DNA of 64,000 bases from Octopus bimaculoides. Taxonomy: Eukaryota. Shown here in pieces: positions 51,675 to 64,000 of the stretch; position 1 is the stretch's first letter, and the number at the start of each line of letters is the position of its first letter. Location: assembly GCF_001194135.2 (NCBI RefSeq), contig NC_069001.1:4029382-4093381 (forward strand), in the 5' to 3' direction. Position numbers and translations under genes: made by a program. A model generated the notes under the pieces. That model had not been told where the DNA came from. It ran no database searches and saw only the letters and a list, made by a program, of their open reading frames with translations.

Positions 51675-53297
51675 NNNNNNNNNNNNNNNNNNNNNNNNNN
51701 NNNNNNNNNNNNNNNNNNNNNNNNNNNNNNNNNNNNNNNNNNNNNNNNNNNNNNNNNNNNNNNNNNNNNNNNNNNNNNNNNNNNNNNNNNNNNNNNNNNN
51801 NNNNNNNNNNNNNNNNNNNNNNNNNNNNNNNNNNNNNNNNNNNNNNNNNNNNNNNNNNNNNNNNNNNNNNNNNNNNNNNNNNNNNNNNNNNNNNNNNNNN
51901 NNNNNNNNNNNNNNNNNNNNNNNNNNNNNNNNNNNNNNNNNNNNNNNNNNNNNNNNNNNNNNNNNNNNNNNNNNNNNNNNNAAAAGGTGGCAAGCTGACA
52001 GAGTCATTAGTGTTTCAGACAAAGTGCTCAGCAGCATTCCTTCCCACTCTCTACATCCTGAGTACAAATCCTGCTGAGATCAACTTTGCATTTCATCCTT
52101 TTTGGGTGGGGTTAGTAAAATAAAGATCCAGTCCACCTCTGGGAGTCGATGAAATCAACTTGCTCCCTCCCCTCAGAATTACTGGCTTTGTGTCAAAATT
52201 AGAAAGAATTATCAAAATTATTATTTTCATTTTAGAAGGACAAAAAAAAATCTTTTTCATTTTCTACATATCTCTCATGAAAGCTTAGAAGGAATTTGCG
52301 GAAGAAGAAGAAGACAAACAGACGGAAATATACAAGAGAGGGAAGAAAAAAAACAGAAGGTGAAAGAGAAGGAATAAAAAATGCAAGAAAGAGAAAATGC
52401 GAAAATGACAGGAAGACATGTCTTCAGTGCAAAAAAAAAATGTTAATAATAATACTTTTGAAGTTTATGACTGCGATAATTGTTGAGAGACCCTGAGTCA
52501 TGCAAGAAAGAATTTTGAAAACACAAACAGCAAAAGAACAAATTTGTAAACAATGCTAAAATAACTGATTTATTCTAAGGAGTTTCAATATGGCAAAGTC
52601 ATCATTAGAAGGAGAGTATTCATAACGAGGAGTGAGAAACCTGCAGATTAACTGCGAGCTTGGGTTGTCAGAACAAACAGTACAAGAGGAAGTAAATAAA
52701 CCAAAATAGGTTATTGGTGGTGCTGGTGGTTGTAAACAAAGTTAAAAGATAGGCTGGGTGGAATACGTAGTACCTTTGTGCAAAATAAGAACCGAAAAAC
52801 AAAGCAAAGAAATAAACAGAAAGCAACAGAAAAAATAAAACTAACCTTGCAATATGTCAAAACATTTTCTCAAGAAATGTAATCAAGTTTTCATGTATTT
52901 AGGGAAAGAATTTCGTTTGTTGCTCCATTTTTTTTTTGCCTTTTCTTTTCATTTTTTTTCTCTTTTTGTTTTTCTTTGTTTATTAATATCGAAACTTGAT
53001 CTTCAAACAGGGAGTTGACAAAAGTAGTAGCGTGTCGGAATGTTGAGCTAAATGTCATCATCATCATCATCATCATCGTCATCCTGCTTATCATTTTCAT
53101 TTTACATCTGTTTCTCTACACCGGCACAGGTTGGTTATGTCATCATCGGCTGTGTCTTCTTGTACACATCACACCGACAAAGAATAATCAGTCGATTTCA
53201 AAGTGGTAAATCAACGTGTTGCCTGCATTTTTTATCAGGCTGCCAGTAAAATTGATACACACATGACTGAGTATATTCATTAGAGAAAGAGAAAGAA

Positions 53298-53332
<35 letters not shown>

Positions 53333-53443
53333 TAATATAACAACACAGAAAGATTTTATCAAATGGGAAATTCTTATCTTGCTTCAGTCAATTGTACTTT
53401 TTCAAATTTAACTCAGAGTTTGTAAGACATTTGCATGTTGAGT

Positions 53444-53502
<59 letters not shown>

Positions 53503-53526
53503 CATCATCACCATCACCATCACCAC

Positions 53527-53558
<32 letters not shown>

Positions 53559-53819
53559 CTATTGTCATCATCATTTAATGTTCTATTTTATGTGCTAGCA
53601 TGGTTTGGACAGTTCAACTGGAACCAAAGAGCCAGAGGACTGCAAGGAGCTCTTCTGTCTGCTTCTCCATGGTTTCTACCTTTGGATGCCCTTCCTAACA
53701 CAAATCATTTTACAGAATGTACAATGCTTTTTATGTGGCACCAGCACTTTGTGTGTGTGTGTGTATTTATGTGTATGTGCATGTGTTTGTGTGTTTGTAC
53801 ATGCCAGTATGGTTAAGCT

Positions 53820-55110
53820 GTTTTTACCTGGAATATCACCTGAGTAAGAAAACATCCTAAAAATTGTCCATAGTTTTAGCAAAGATATCAGGAGGAGAAT
53901 GGAGTTGGACAAATGTTCCAAAGTAACATTGAGAAAAAGCAGACTGATCAGCGCTGAAGATATTGCATTCAACAGACACAGAAATCAGAGAATTGGACCA
54001 CAATCGTCCATACAAATATCTAGTAATTAATGATATAGCTAAACGACAACACATAGAAATAAAAGAGAAAATTAGGAAAGAAAATAGCAGAAGAGTAAGG
54101 CTAATGTTAAAAACTGAACTCAATGCTAAAAATAAGATTGATAGAAATAAACACAGTAGCCATTGCAGTCATAAATTACAGCTTAAACATAATAGACTGG
54201 AAGATTAATGAATTGAGAAACTTAGAAAAACCAGGAAACTATTAACAGCTGATCAAAGTCACTAGCCCAAAGCAGACACAGACAGAACATATCTACCCTG
54301 CTCAGAAGGAGGACAGACATGTCCTGACAGAGAGAACTGCTTTAAATTACAACAGTTGAGCTACAAAAATATTTAGAAACAAAAAGTGAGCAGCTACTTC
54401 ATGTAATAAAGCAATGCGAAGAAAATGAAATGCTCTTCTCTCTACACAAGGAGGTAATAAAATATGAAACAGAAACAAATTTCACTGAAACACTAAACTC
54501 AAATGACAATGCAAGAGAAATGATTAAAGAGACAAAATACAACATGAAAGCTGAACTACAAAACATACTAAAGAAGAAATGGAGAGAAAAATAACTTCAT
54601 GGCTAATACCTAGCAAGGCTTGACAGAAAAGAAGTGAGCCTAACTGAAAGCCAACAATGGCTCAAAAGCTCTGAACTAAAAGCAGAAATGGAAGGACTCA
54701 TTCTTACTGCATAAAACCAATGTCTGACCACAAACAATACTAAAAGCAAATTAATGAAAACAGGCCCTAACACCAAATGCAATATGTGCAACCAGCACAA
54801 TGTGACAGTTGACCACATCATCTCTGGCTGTCCAGTTCTTGCCAAATCTGAATATATATGCAGAGACAACAGAGTAAGTAGTTATATCCACTGGGCAATA
54901 TGCCAATACTACAACATAAAAAACAAACAAGAAATTGTATAAACCTGTGCTAAACAAGATATATGACAACAATCAGGCTACAATCATCTGGGTTATGCTT
55001 GTTTGAACTGACAAAGAAATCAAAGCAAATCACCCAGACATAAGAATCAAGAACTGGAGGGTAAAAAATCATAGACATTGCAGTTCAGTTCCTTCTGACC
55101 AAAATATTGT
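53820..55110 (+). mobile_element. Decayed R4/Dong-like non-LTR retrotransposon (3' RT, zinc knuckle, RLE region)
   Basis: RRVRLMLKTELNAKNKI; PKADTD..YLP..EGG; CNMCNQHNVTVDHIISGCPVLAKSEYICRDNRVSSYIHWAICQYY (CCHC knuckle of RLE elements); frameshifted. Confidence 0.7.
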
Positions 55111-55280
55111 GATGGGAGGGGGGAGGTGGTTGATGTCGATTACATCAAGCCCCAGTTCTTGATTGGTACTTATTTTTTCAACCCCTGAAAGAATGAAGGT
55201 AAAGTTTTTCCTCAGTGACATTGGTACTCAAAATGTAAAGAGATGGAAAAAGCAAAAAAATTGCTCTACCAGCTCCCTGC

Positions 55281-55341
<61 letters not shown>

Positions 55342-58300
55342 NNNNNNNNNNNNNNNNNNNNNNNNNNNNNNNNNNNNNNNNNNNNNNNNNNNNNNNNNNN
55401 NNNNNNNNNNNNNNNNNNNNNNNNNNNNNNNNNNNNNNNNNNNNNNNNNNNNNNNNNNNNNNNNNNNNNNNNNNNNNNNNNNNNNNNNNNNNNNNNNNNN
55501 NNNNNNNNNNNNNNNNNNNNNNNNNNNNNNNNNNNNNNNNNNNNNNNNNNNNNNNNNNNNNNNNNNNNNNNNNNNNNNNNNNNNNNNNNNNNNNNNNNNN
55601 NNNNNNNNNNNNNNNNNNNNNNNNNNNNNNNNNNNNNNNNNNNNNNNNNNNNNNNNNNNNNNNNNNNNNNNNNNNNNNNNNNNNNNNNNNNNNNNNNNNN
55701 NNNNNNNNNNNNNNNNNNNNNNNNNNNNNNNNNNNNNNNNNNNNNNNNNNNNNNNNNNNNNNNNNNNNNNNNNNNNNNNNNNNNNNNNNNNNNNNNNNNN
55801 NNNNNNNNNNNNNNNNNNNNNNNNNNNNNNNNNNNNNNNNNNNNNNNNNNNNNNNNNNNNNNNNNNNNNNNNNNNNNNNNNNNNNNNNNNNNNNNNNNNN
55901 NNNNNNNNNNNGCTGCCTTGCTAATAATAATAATAATAATAATAGTAGTAGTAGTAGTAGTAGTTCTACTAAACCTTTCTACTATAGACACAAGGCCTGT
56001 AATTTTGGGGGAGGGGATTAGTCAATTACATCGACCCCAAGTGCATAACTGGTACTTAATTTATCGACCCCCGAAAGGATGGAAAGTAAACTCAACCTTA
56101 ACGGAATTTAAACTTTGGATTCAGAATGTAAGGTCCCACGAAATGCCGCTCTGCATTTTGCTACCAATTATGTCAGCTCACCACCTTTGTAAGAATGAGA
56201 ATGAGAAGAAAAAGACAAAGAGAAAGAAGAAGAAGAAGAAGAAGAAGAAGAAGAAGAAGAATTCTTTGTGTTATAGGTACAGAGCCTGAAATTTGGGACA
56301 AAGGGGCTAGGCAATTACATCGACCCCAGTGCTCAAATGGTACTCATTTTATCGACCCCAAAAGGAAGGCAAAGTCAACCTCAGCAGAAATAATGTAGGC
56401 ACAAAGCCAGCAATTTTTTTTCTAGATGGAGGGGTTAGTTTATGGCATTGAACCTCAGTGCTTGACTTCATTGAATTGCACGTGAAAAGATGAAAGGCAA
56501 AGTTGACCTTGGAAAATAATCTTCGCTGCTGTTGCTGCTGCTGGTTCCGTTTCGTCGTCGTGGTTGTTGTATGTTGTTGTTGTTGTAACAGGCTGTCAAG
56601 ATTGTCCAATAACCTCGTCTGTAACTGCTACGATTCTGCTAATACAACAGTTATTTCAATCACGGGTTAGAGAGAACATAGGTTGACAAGACTGAAACCT
56701 ACACACACACACACGCACAGATATGCATATATGCATGCACACAAACACAAATATGCACTTACACACAGAGCAAGACATGCAAACAGCAATGCATACACAC
56801 ACACACACACATACAGCTATACATGCACAGACACACACAAAGCTATACATACACACACAGCTATGCATGCACATAGATATATGTGCACTTACACACAAAG
56901 CAAATCTTGCATACATACACACAGCTATACATGCACATGCACATATTTGTATATGCACACATGTATAGAACATGCATGCACATGCACATATTTGTATATG
57001 CACACATGTATAGAACATGCGTGCACACACACAGCAATACACACACACACACACTCATAGACAGTTATGCACATACATAGCTGTATACACACAGCTGTAC
57101 ATATACAACCATACATGCATGCACAGACAGATACACGCACACACATATACATACATGCACACACACACATGATGATGCACATACATGCTTATACATACAC
57201 ATACACACACACATGTAAGTTCACATACACACATATGCACTTAAACACAACAGGATACAGTTGTTGCAAGCATGCATACACTGCTGCACAACACACACAG
57301 GTATACATACGCATATATACACACTCTCACTGATGCACATATACACACACTCTTGCACAATTCCATAAAATCACATGTACATGTACACACGTGATTTTAC
57401 ATACACATGGACTTATGCATGCATGTGCTCTCAGATGCACTTGTACATACATGCATATATACATATTACTCACATACATATATACACACATACATATATA
57501 CACACATACATATATACATTTTGTACATTTGCATGCACACTGACACAGCTATATGTGTGCAGAAGCTCACTAGGACACACACACACACAAACTTTTGTAC
57601 ACACACACATAATTCCACACAATTATATGCACGCAACCATAGTTTTACATGCATGCATATACATATATGTGCACATGCACACATACACACACTTATACAT
57701 ACGTATATACATGTGTGTGTGGCTAAGTGGTTAGGGCATTGCACTAATGATCGTATGGTTGTGGTTTCAAATCCTGGACTCGGCAGTGCATTGTGTTCTT
57801 GAGCAAAACACTTCATCTCACATTGCTCAGCTGGCAAATGCAAATAGTTAAATAATTCTGCAATGGACTGGCATCCCATCCAGGGGTAATATATATGCCA
57901 CAGAATCTGGGAAACTGACTTTATGAGCCTATGGCTCAAGAATGACCCTTCATCCTTTTGATCTATATATCATTGCTATTATGTTAAACTGTCGTATGTC
58001 CAAATTTGGTCAAATGCGTTTTTTCTCAATATTTATTTTTGCTTGCAATAGCCGGTTCTTTTGGTCAAACTATCGTATCTCCAACTGCTTCAGATGCCAA
58101 GATAACAGAAATTGTCAAAGTGTAGTTCAACGGTTCTGCTACGGAATGGTGAAACTATTTTTCCGTTTTCTGAAAAAGCAACGTTTTGGACTTACAACAC
58201 TTTTGCATAATAGTAACAAGATATGTATTTTTTACTATTTCCAGTCATTAGACTGCGGCCATGCTGGAGCACTGCTTTGAAGAAGTTTAAGTCAACTGAA

Positions 58301-58463
58301 TTGACATCAGTTTTCATATTTTTGTTAAGCCTGTTACTAATGTTATCAGTCTCTTTTTGCCAAGCTGCTAAGTTACAGGGACATAAACACACCAACGTCG
58401 GTTGTCAAGCAGTGGTGGAGGACAAACATATACACAAAGACACACACACATAGATATATACGT

Positions 58464-58501
<38 letters not shown>

Positions 58502-58934
58502 GACAGGCTTCTTTCGGTTTCCGTCTACCAAATCCACTCACAAGGCTTTGGTCAGCCCGGGGCTATAGTAGAAGACACTTGCCCAAGGTGTCATGCGGTG
58601 GAATTGAACCCAGTACCATGTGGTTGGGAAGCAAGCTTCTTACCACACAGCCATATACACACACACTGTACTTACGTACACTAAAATGCACACGCTGCAT
58701 AAACGAATGCACTCTTAGTTTCCTTGAATTGGTATATTGTACAGTTTCACACACACACACACCTGCTTACACTCATGTGCACATATGCATTTGTACACAC
58801 ATACATACATACACATAGTTGTTTATTCACACATGCACCTGTACTTACACATAGTTGCTTACACACATACACAGATACAAAACAACAAACAACCAATCTG
58901 TTCACATTTTGTTTACACACACCTCTACTCACTC

Positions 58935-59140
<206 letters not shown>

Positions 59141-59807
59141 TCACCGTTTCACTCCCTTTGCTTATCATTTCTCTTAGTAATTTCACTATTTCTCTTCTCT
59201 TGCAATCTTTCTCTTTCTCTCAATATCTCTTTGTCTATCATTCCCTTCTCACTCTTTTACTGATTATGACCACATCTGTCATTCTCTCTCTCTCTCTTTC
59301 ACTATCTGTCTGTCTATCACTGCTTCCCCCCCTCTCTCTAGCTATTACTGCTTTCTTCTCTCTCTCTCTCCCTCATACTCCTTCTCTTTCATTGTCTCTA
59401 TCTATCACTCCCTCTACTCCCCCCTCTTTCTCCCTAGTCTTATTTCCTTTAAACTGTTGCCAGGTTATGCAAGATCTGTTTTTACCCAGAATACCTCACA
59501 CTTCCTTCCAGTCATGGTGGCTACCAATAACATCTTCTACAGTCCCCACCACCACCACCACCACCACTATCACCACCGCTGCGACCACTGCATCACTACC
59601 ACAATACCACCACTATCACCAGTACCACCACCATTGTCACCTCCACCATCACCACAAACCTCACTGCACCATTACCGTCATTGCACCACACTACAGCCAA
59701 CATCAGTACATGGACTGCAGCCACCACCACCACCACTACCACCACTACTACAACTACTACTACTGCTGCTGCTGTTGCTGTTACCACCACCATCACCACT
59801 GCCGCCG

Positions 59808-59844
<37 letters not shown>

Positions 59845-60030
59845 TGTAACCATGACCACAGACACTACAGCTTCTACTACACAACTTCACTGCTATAGTT
59901 TTGCCTACTACTACAACTACTACTACTACTACCACTACCATCACCACCACCACTACTGCTGCTGCTGCAACTACTACTACTACTACTACTACTACCATCA
60001 CCACCACCACCACTACTGCTGCTGCTGCAG

Positions 60031-60071
<41 letters not shown>

Positions 60072-60759
60072 GCCACTAGTATTACTACTACCACCACCAC
60101 CACTACTACTCCTGCTATTGATGCAGCAGTAGCAGCAGCATTGTAGACTTGACAACCACAAGTACTAGAACCACCACTACAGTCACTACACTACCACCTC
60201 TACTGCAACAGCCTCTGCCGTACCAGTATCACCACTACATAACTGCAGCTTCTACAACATCTTTACAGCCTCTACTACCACCACACCACTACAGCTGCTA
60301 CCACGCTACAACAACTTTTTTGTCACACTGCTGCAATGACTACCACATTACTACATCCCATACTGCGTTAGTACTTCTCTCACTACAACCAGTGCTACAT
60401 CACAACAGCCTCTACCATATCAGCACCACTACCACAGCACCCCTACAGCTTTCACTCGATTACCACATTTATGGTATGGCATCCAACTGTCATTAATGAC
60501 CACAGATGAAGGTCCTGACTGTCCTTCCTACTGGAACCGTGTTATCTGTGGATGACCAATATGATGTGCAAATGGCAATCTCTCTTATTCACATAAGGTG
60601 CAGCAATTGTGGGCTGCCCCAGGGCTGTTTGAGATGCGGTTCTCTTTTCTGTGGAGTGGGAGCTCCAAGCAGTGATGAGTATAAATGCAATGTTATTATT
60701 GCCGGTCGAAATATGCTGGTGACACATTTGGACTGGTCCTGAGGATTAGGTCCAGTTCC

Positions 60760-60846
60760 TGAGCCATTTGCAGCTTCACCATTTGTTTATGGCATGGCTT
60801 AAGCTTTTGAGACAAGCATATGACTACTGGCAGGATCAACCAGGTA
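60760..60846 (-). pseudogene. 18S rRNA 5'-end pseudogenic fragment, copy 1
   Basis: Reverse complement reads TACCTGGTTGATCCTGCCAGTAGTCATATGCTTGTCTCAAAAGCTTAAGCCATGC...GTGAAGCTGCAAATGGCTCA, i.e. the 18S 5' end with substitutions and deletions. Confidence 0.9.
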
Positions 60847-60872
60847 TGGTCCTGAGGATTAAGTCTGGTTCC

Positions 60873-60941
60873 TGAGCCATTTGCAGTTTCACTGTTCATA
60901 TATGGCTTTGAGACAGGCATATGACTACTGGCAGGATCAAC
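60873..60941 (-). pseudogene. 18S rRNA 5'-end pseudogenic fragment, copy 2 (tandem, more deleted)
   Basis: Reverse complement GTTGATCCTGCCAGTAGTCATATGCCTGTCTCAAAGCC...GTGAAACTGCAAATGGCTCA. Confidence 0.85.
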
Positions 60942-62647
60942 ATGTCCGAACGTGCCTCAGTCTTATTTCAATTGGTAATGGCATTGCATTCTTTTCTGTG
61001 GATCTGCTTTACTTGTCCTTTGTATGATTCGGGATCACCAGCTCAGACTGTTTGACCATGTTACTTGATTTTCAAAGATAGACCCTGCTTATCATGTCCT
61101 CTTCACTGAGGATCTTGCTGGGTCGATAGCTTGTGTTAATTGACAACATTCCACATGGTCATGGCAGATAAGCATGCATCCTGCGAAGATGGGGACCAAC
61201 TGGGACTGCAAGCATAGGCGTGGGTGTGAGGTTGAGAAGCTTTCTTCCCAACTGTGTGGTCTTGAGTTCAGTCCCACTGTGTGGCACCTTAGGCAAGTGT
61301 CTTTTATTATAACCCAAGACTGACCAAAACCTTGTGAGTGGATTTGGTAGATGGAAACGGAAAGAAATCCATCATGTATCATGGCACTCCATTGGATACG
61401 ACAATGAGGGTTCCAATTCATCCGAACATGAAATTGACCTGCTCATGAAATTAACGTGCAGGCAGACAGGCAGGCAGATAGACAGGCAGGCAGATAGACA
61501 GAATAGATGTTCTTGTTCTTTCACCTGAAGTCAGCCTTGACTGAGTTGACCAGCGACCAAATGTGTTTCTGTCGTGAGCAACCCGTCTTTGCATTTAGGA
61601 GTTGTTGTTTAACCCTAAGTCATCTCTGGTTAAGCAGGTCTGTGATCAAAACTGCCCAAGCCATGACCACCCTGTAATTTTTAGTGGTATGGTAGCAGGT
61701 TTGAGGGAAAGTTGGTTGCTATTTTTAGCTGGTGAGGAGGCTCCCCCGAAGGTGTTATTGTCAAACTGTCTTCCAAACGCACACACGCAGAGGGAGATTT
61801 TACTCAGTCTCCCGACTTACTAGACATAACAGCTAAATCTCCTCCTTCAGACTTCACCCTACATACTAAAATTCGACCAACTTGACCTGTGTGTCATGGA
61901 TTTGCCGGATTGGAACTTACCCAGGGCTAACAAAACAACAACGACCACAAGAAGTAAGCAAAGCACACACGCACGGACATGGTTTTGGTGAATCACTTAT
62001 ACAAGGGAGATAACTCTACTTTCGCTATTTCTTCGTTTGAATTTGTTTTAGCAAATTACTCCGGGATTGTGTGTTGAAACAAGCAATTAATTACATCGTT
62101 GAGCCATTGGATGCCATTTAATGACACACAGACACTTGTTAAATTTACTTAACATTTATTTCGTGAGTTGTCAAAATTTTCGTCACACTCCTGTGATCTG
62201 CTCACTGATAAGATTCACTACAACATTTAAAAAAACATAATCTACTGAAAAACTTCTTTTTCTTTCAACTCACAAGGCCAGCCGACCCCAATGCTCAATT
62301 GGTACTTAGTTTATCGACCCCGAAAATATGAAATACAAAATTGACCCATGACTTCGCTCTGTGTACGGTTTCACGACGTATGTCTTGTGTGAAACATATG
62401 CTCAATGTATTCCATGCTATACCTACACCACATGAATTCTGTGTGCTATGTGAGACCTTTCTTACTATCCTTACTATCAATAAACGATAAATCGACAGAA
62501 ATATTTGTTCGTATGGGAAGTGCTAGGGTCAATGTAATCAACTAGCTCCCTTCCCCCAAGATTTCTATGTAATCGAGTAGTCCCCTCCCCCAAAATTTCA
62601 AGCCTTGTGCCTATAATAGAAAGGATTATTGTACTATGTTACTATAA

Positions 62648-62691
62648 CAGTGGTTCCCAACCTGGGGTCTATGAACTAAATTCAAAATTTC

Positions 62692-62741
<50 letters not shown>

Positions 62742-63214
62742 GGTAGAAAAGTAACACATGAGTTGATATGTATAAAGAAAATAGGACAAGACAGAAAATG
62801 CTAAAATAATTTTATCATGAAGAACATTTTAGTTCCGGTTTCATTCTTTGTGATTTTTTCAACTTAGAGTCAAATAAGAAAAAAACAATTAAATTGGAGG
62901 AAAAAAATTAAGTGAAATGTTTTGTAGATATTTCCATAGTCTTTAAATTGGTAAATATTTCTATAGTCTTCAGAAAATCTGTCTGTCTGTCTCTCTATTC
63001 CTTTGTGAATGCCTGGTAGGTAGGTAGGTAGGTAGGTAGGTAGGTAGGTAGGTAGTAGTAAATTTAAAGGAATAGTTTAAGTACAGACAATTGATGGTTT
63101 AAGCAGGAGCAGCTGAGGATAACCATATTAAAAGGGGTCTGCGGGAAAACTCATTTAAATAAAAGGGTTGGGAACCATTGCTGGGAACTACTGTGAAAAG
63201 GTTGGGAACCACTG
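62648..63214. mobile_element. Non-autonomous hAT-type DNA transposon
   Basis: TIRs CAGTGGTTCCCAAC / GTTGGGAACCACTG with 8-bp TSD TACTATAA / TACTACAA. Confidence 0.7.
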
Positions 63215-64000
63215 TACTACAAACATTATATAAATGGATACTAACTCCAAGATATTGTTATTATACTATGTGATTAAAAAAACAAGTTACTCACCGAATG
63301 GTTGCACATTCACTTCCTTCAGATGGTAACTGTGTGTTTAGGGTCCCAGACAGGGCAGTTTACTTTAGTGCTGTCACACGTTAGCTTCAAAATAAAGTAG
63401 ACACCATTCCTATTGCCCTGTTCTGGTTTATATCAACCATTGCTAAAACTTACCTGCTCCAGAATTATCAAAATTTATAGACCTATCAAACCCATATTAT
63501 TATCATGAAAAAAAAAAAAATACAATTTGATATATTATAATTTGATAAATTATAAAATATTACATATTTGATAAATTATAAAATAAATAAATTAATTAAT
63601 TATTAGAATAATAAATGAGAAAAAACCCGACTATATTTTAGGAGTTTATGTGTGTTTAACGTAACATAACTTTCAATGTCCTCGGGTTGTTATGTTAGCA
63701 TATGAATGACATATACGTGTTATGACATATGCATGTTTCTATAAAGACTCGACCGAGTGACACTTGTCCTTAAGTTGACTGAGGCAGCTTATTATAGTAA
63801 TTCCCCCATGATGTGTCCGACAATATATCTCTGCAACCACAGCCACCACCACCACCACCGCCACCATCACCGCTGCCACCACCGTCACCAGCACCCCCTC
63901 CACCGCCGCTGCCACTACCTCCAATATCACTACCAGAAACGACAACAACCACCACCCCCACCATAATCATCACTATCACTGCCACTACCTCCACCAATGC

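Noticed and set aside
60760-60941. 18S rRNA gene
   Set aside because: Only <90-nt mutated fragments, so classed as pseudogenic.

Overview
AT-rich eukaryotic genomic DNA full of microsatellites and SINEs, with nine N gaps. The SINE families and repeat landscape suggest a cephalopod, probably Octopus (inference). One clear protein-coding gene is present: an intronless, minus-strand 629-aa OTU-deubiquitinase/Tudor protein of the OTUD4/ALG13/Drosophila otu family (34385-36274). The main feature the ORF track misses is a tandemly duplicated, apparently non-coding polycistronic snoRNA host gene on the + strand. Both copies (TSS ~16204 and ~27854) have a TATA box, an Inr, a 32-nt first exon and a GTATGT donor, followed by C/D-box snoRNAs. 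These are U15/SNORD15 (2 copies), a U52/snR78-like guide (1 intact, 1 decayed), a double-guide family resembling snR60/U80 plus snR62/U34 (3 copies) and an orphan family (3 copies). The promoters are almost identical, but the snoRNA-bearing bodies have diverged, with guide switching, snoRNA loss and an internal duplication. The rest is SINEs, MITEs, decayed mariner, LINE and Penelope-like remnants, a tandemly duplicated 18S rRNA 5' fragment and a few candidate micro-exons. rRNA target and family assignments come from recalled conserved eukaryotic rRNA and snoRNA sequences and need database confirmation.
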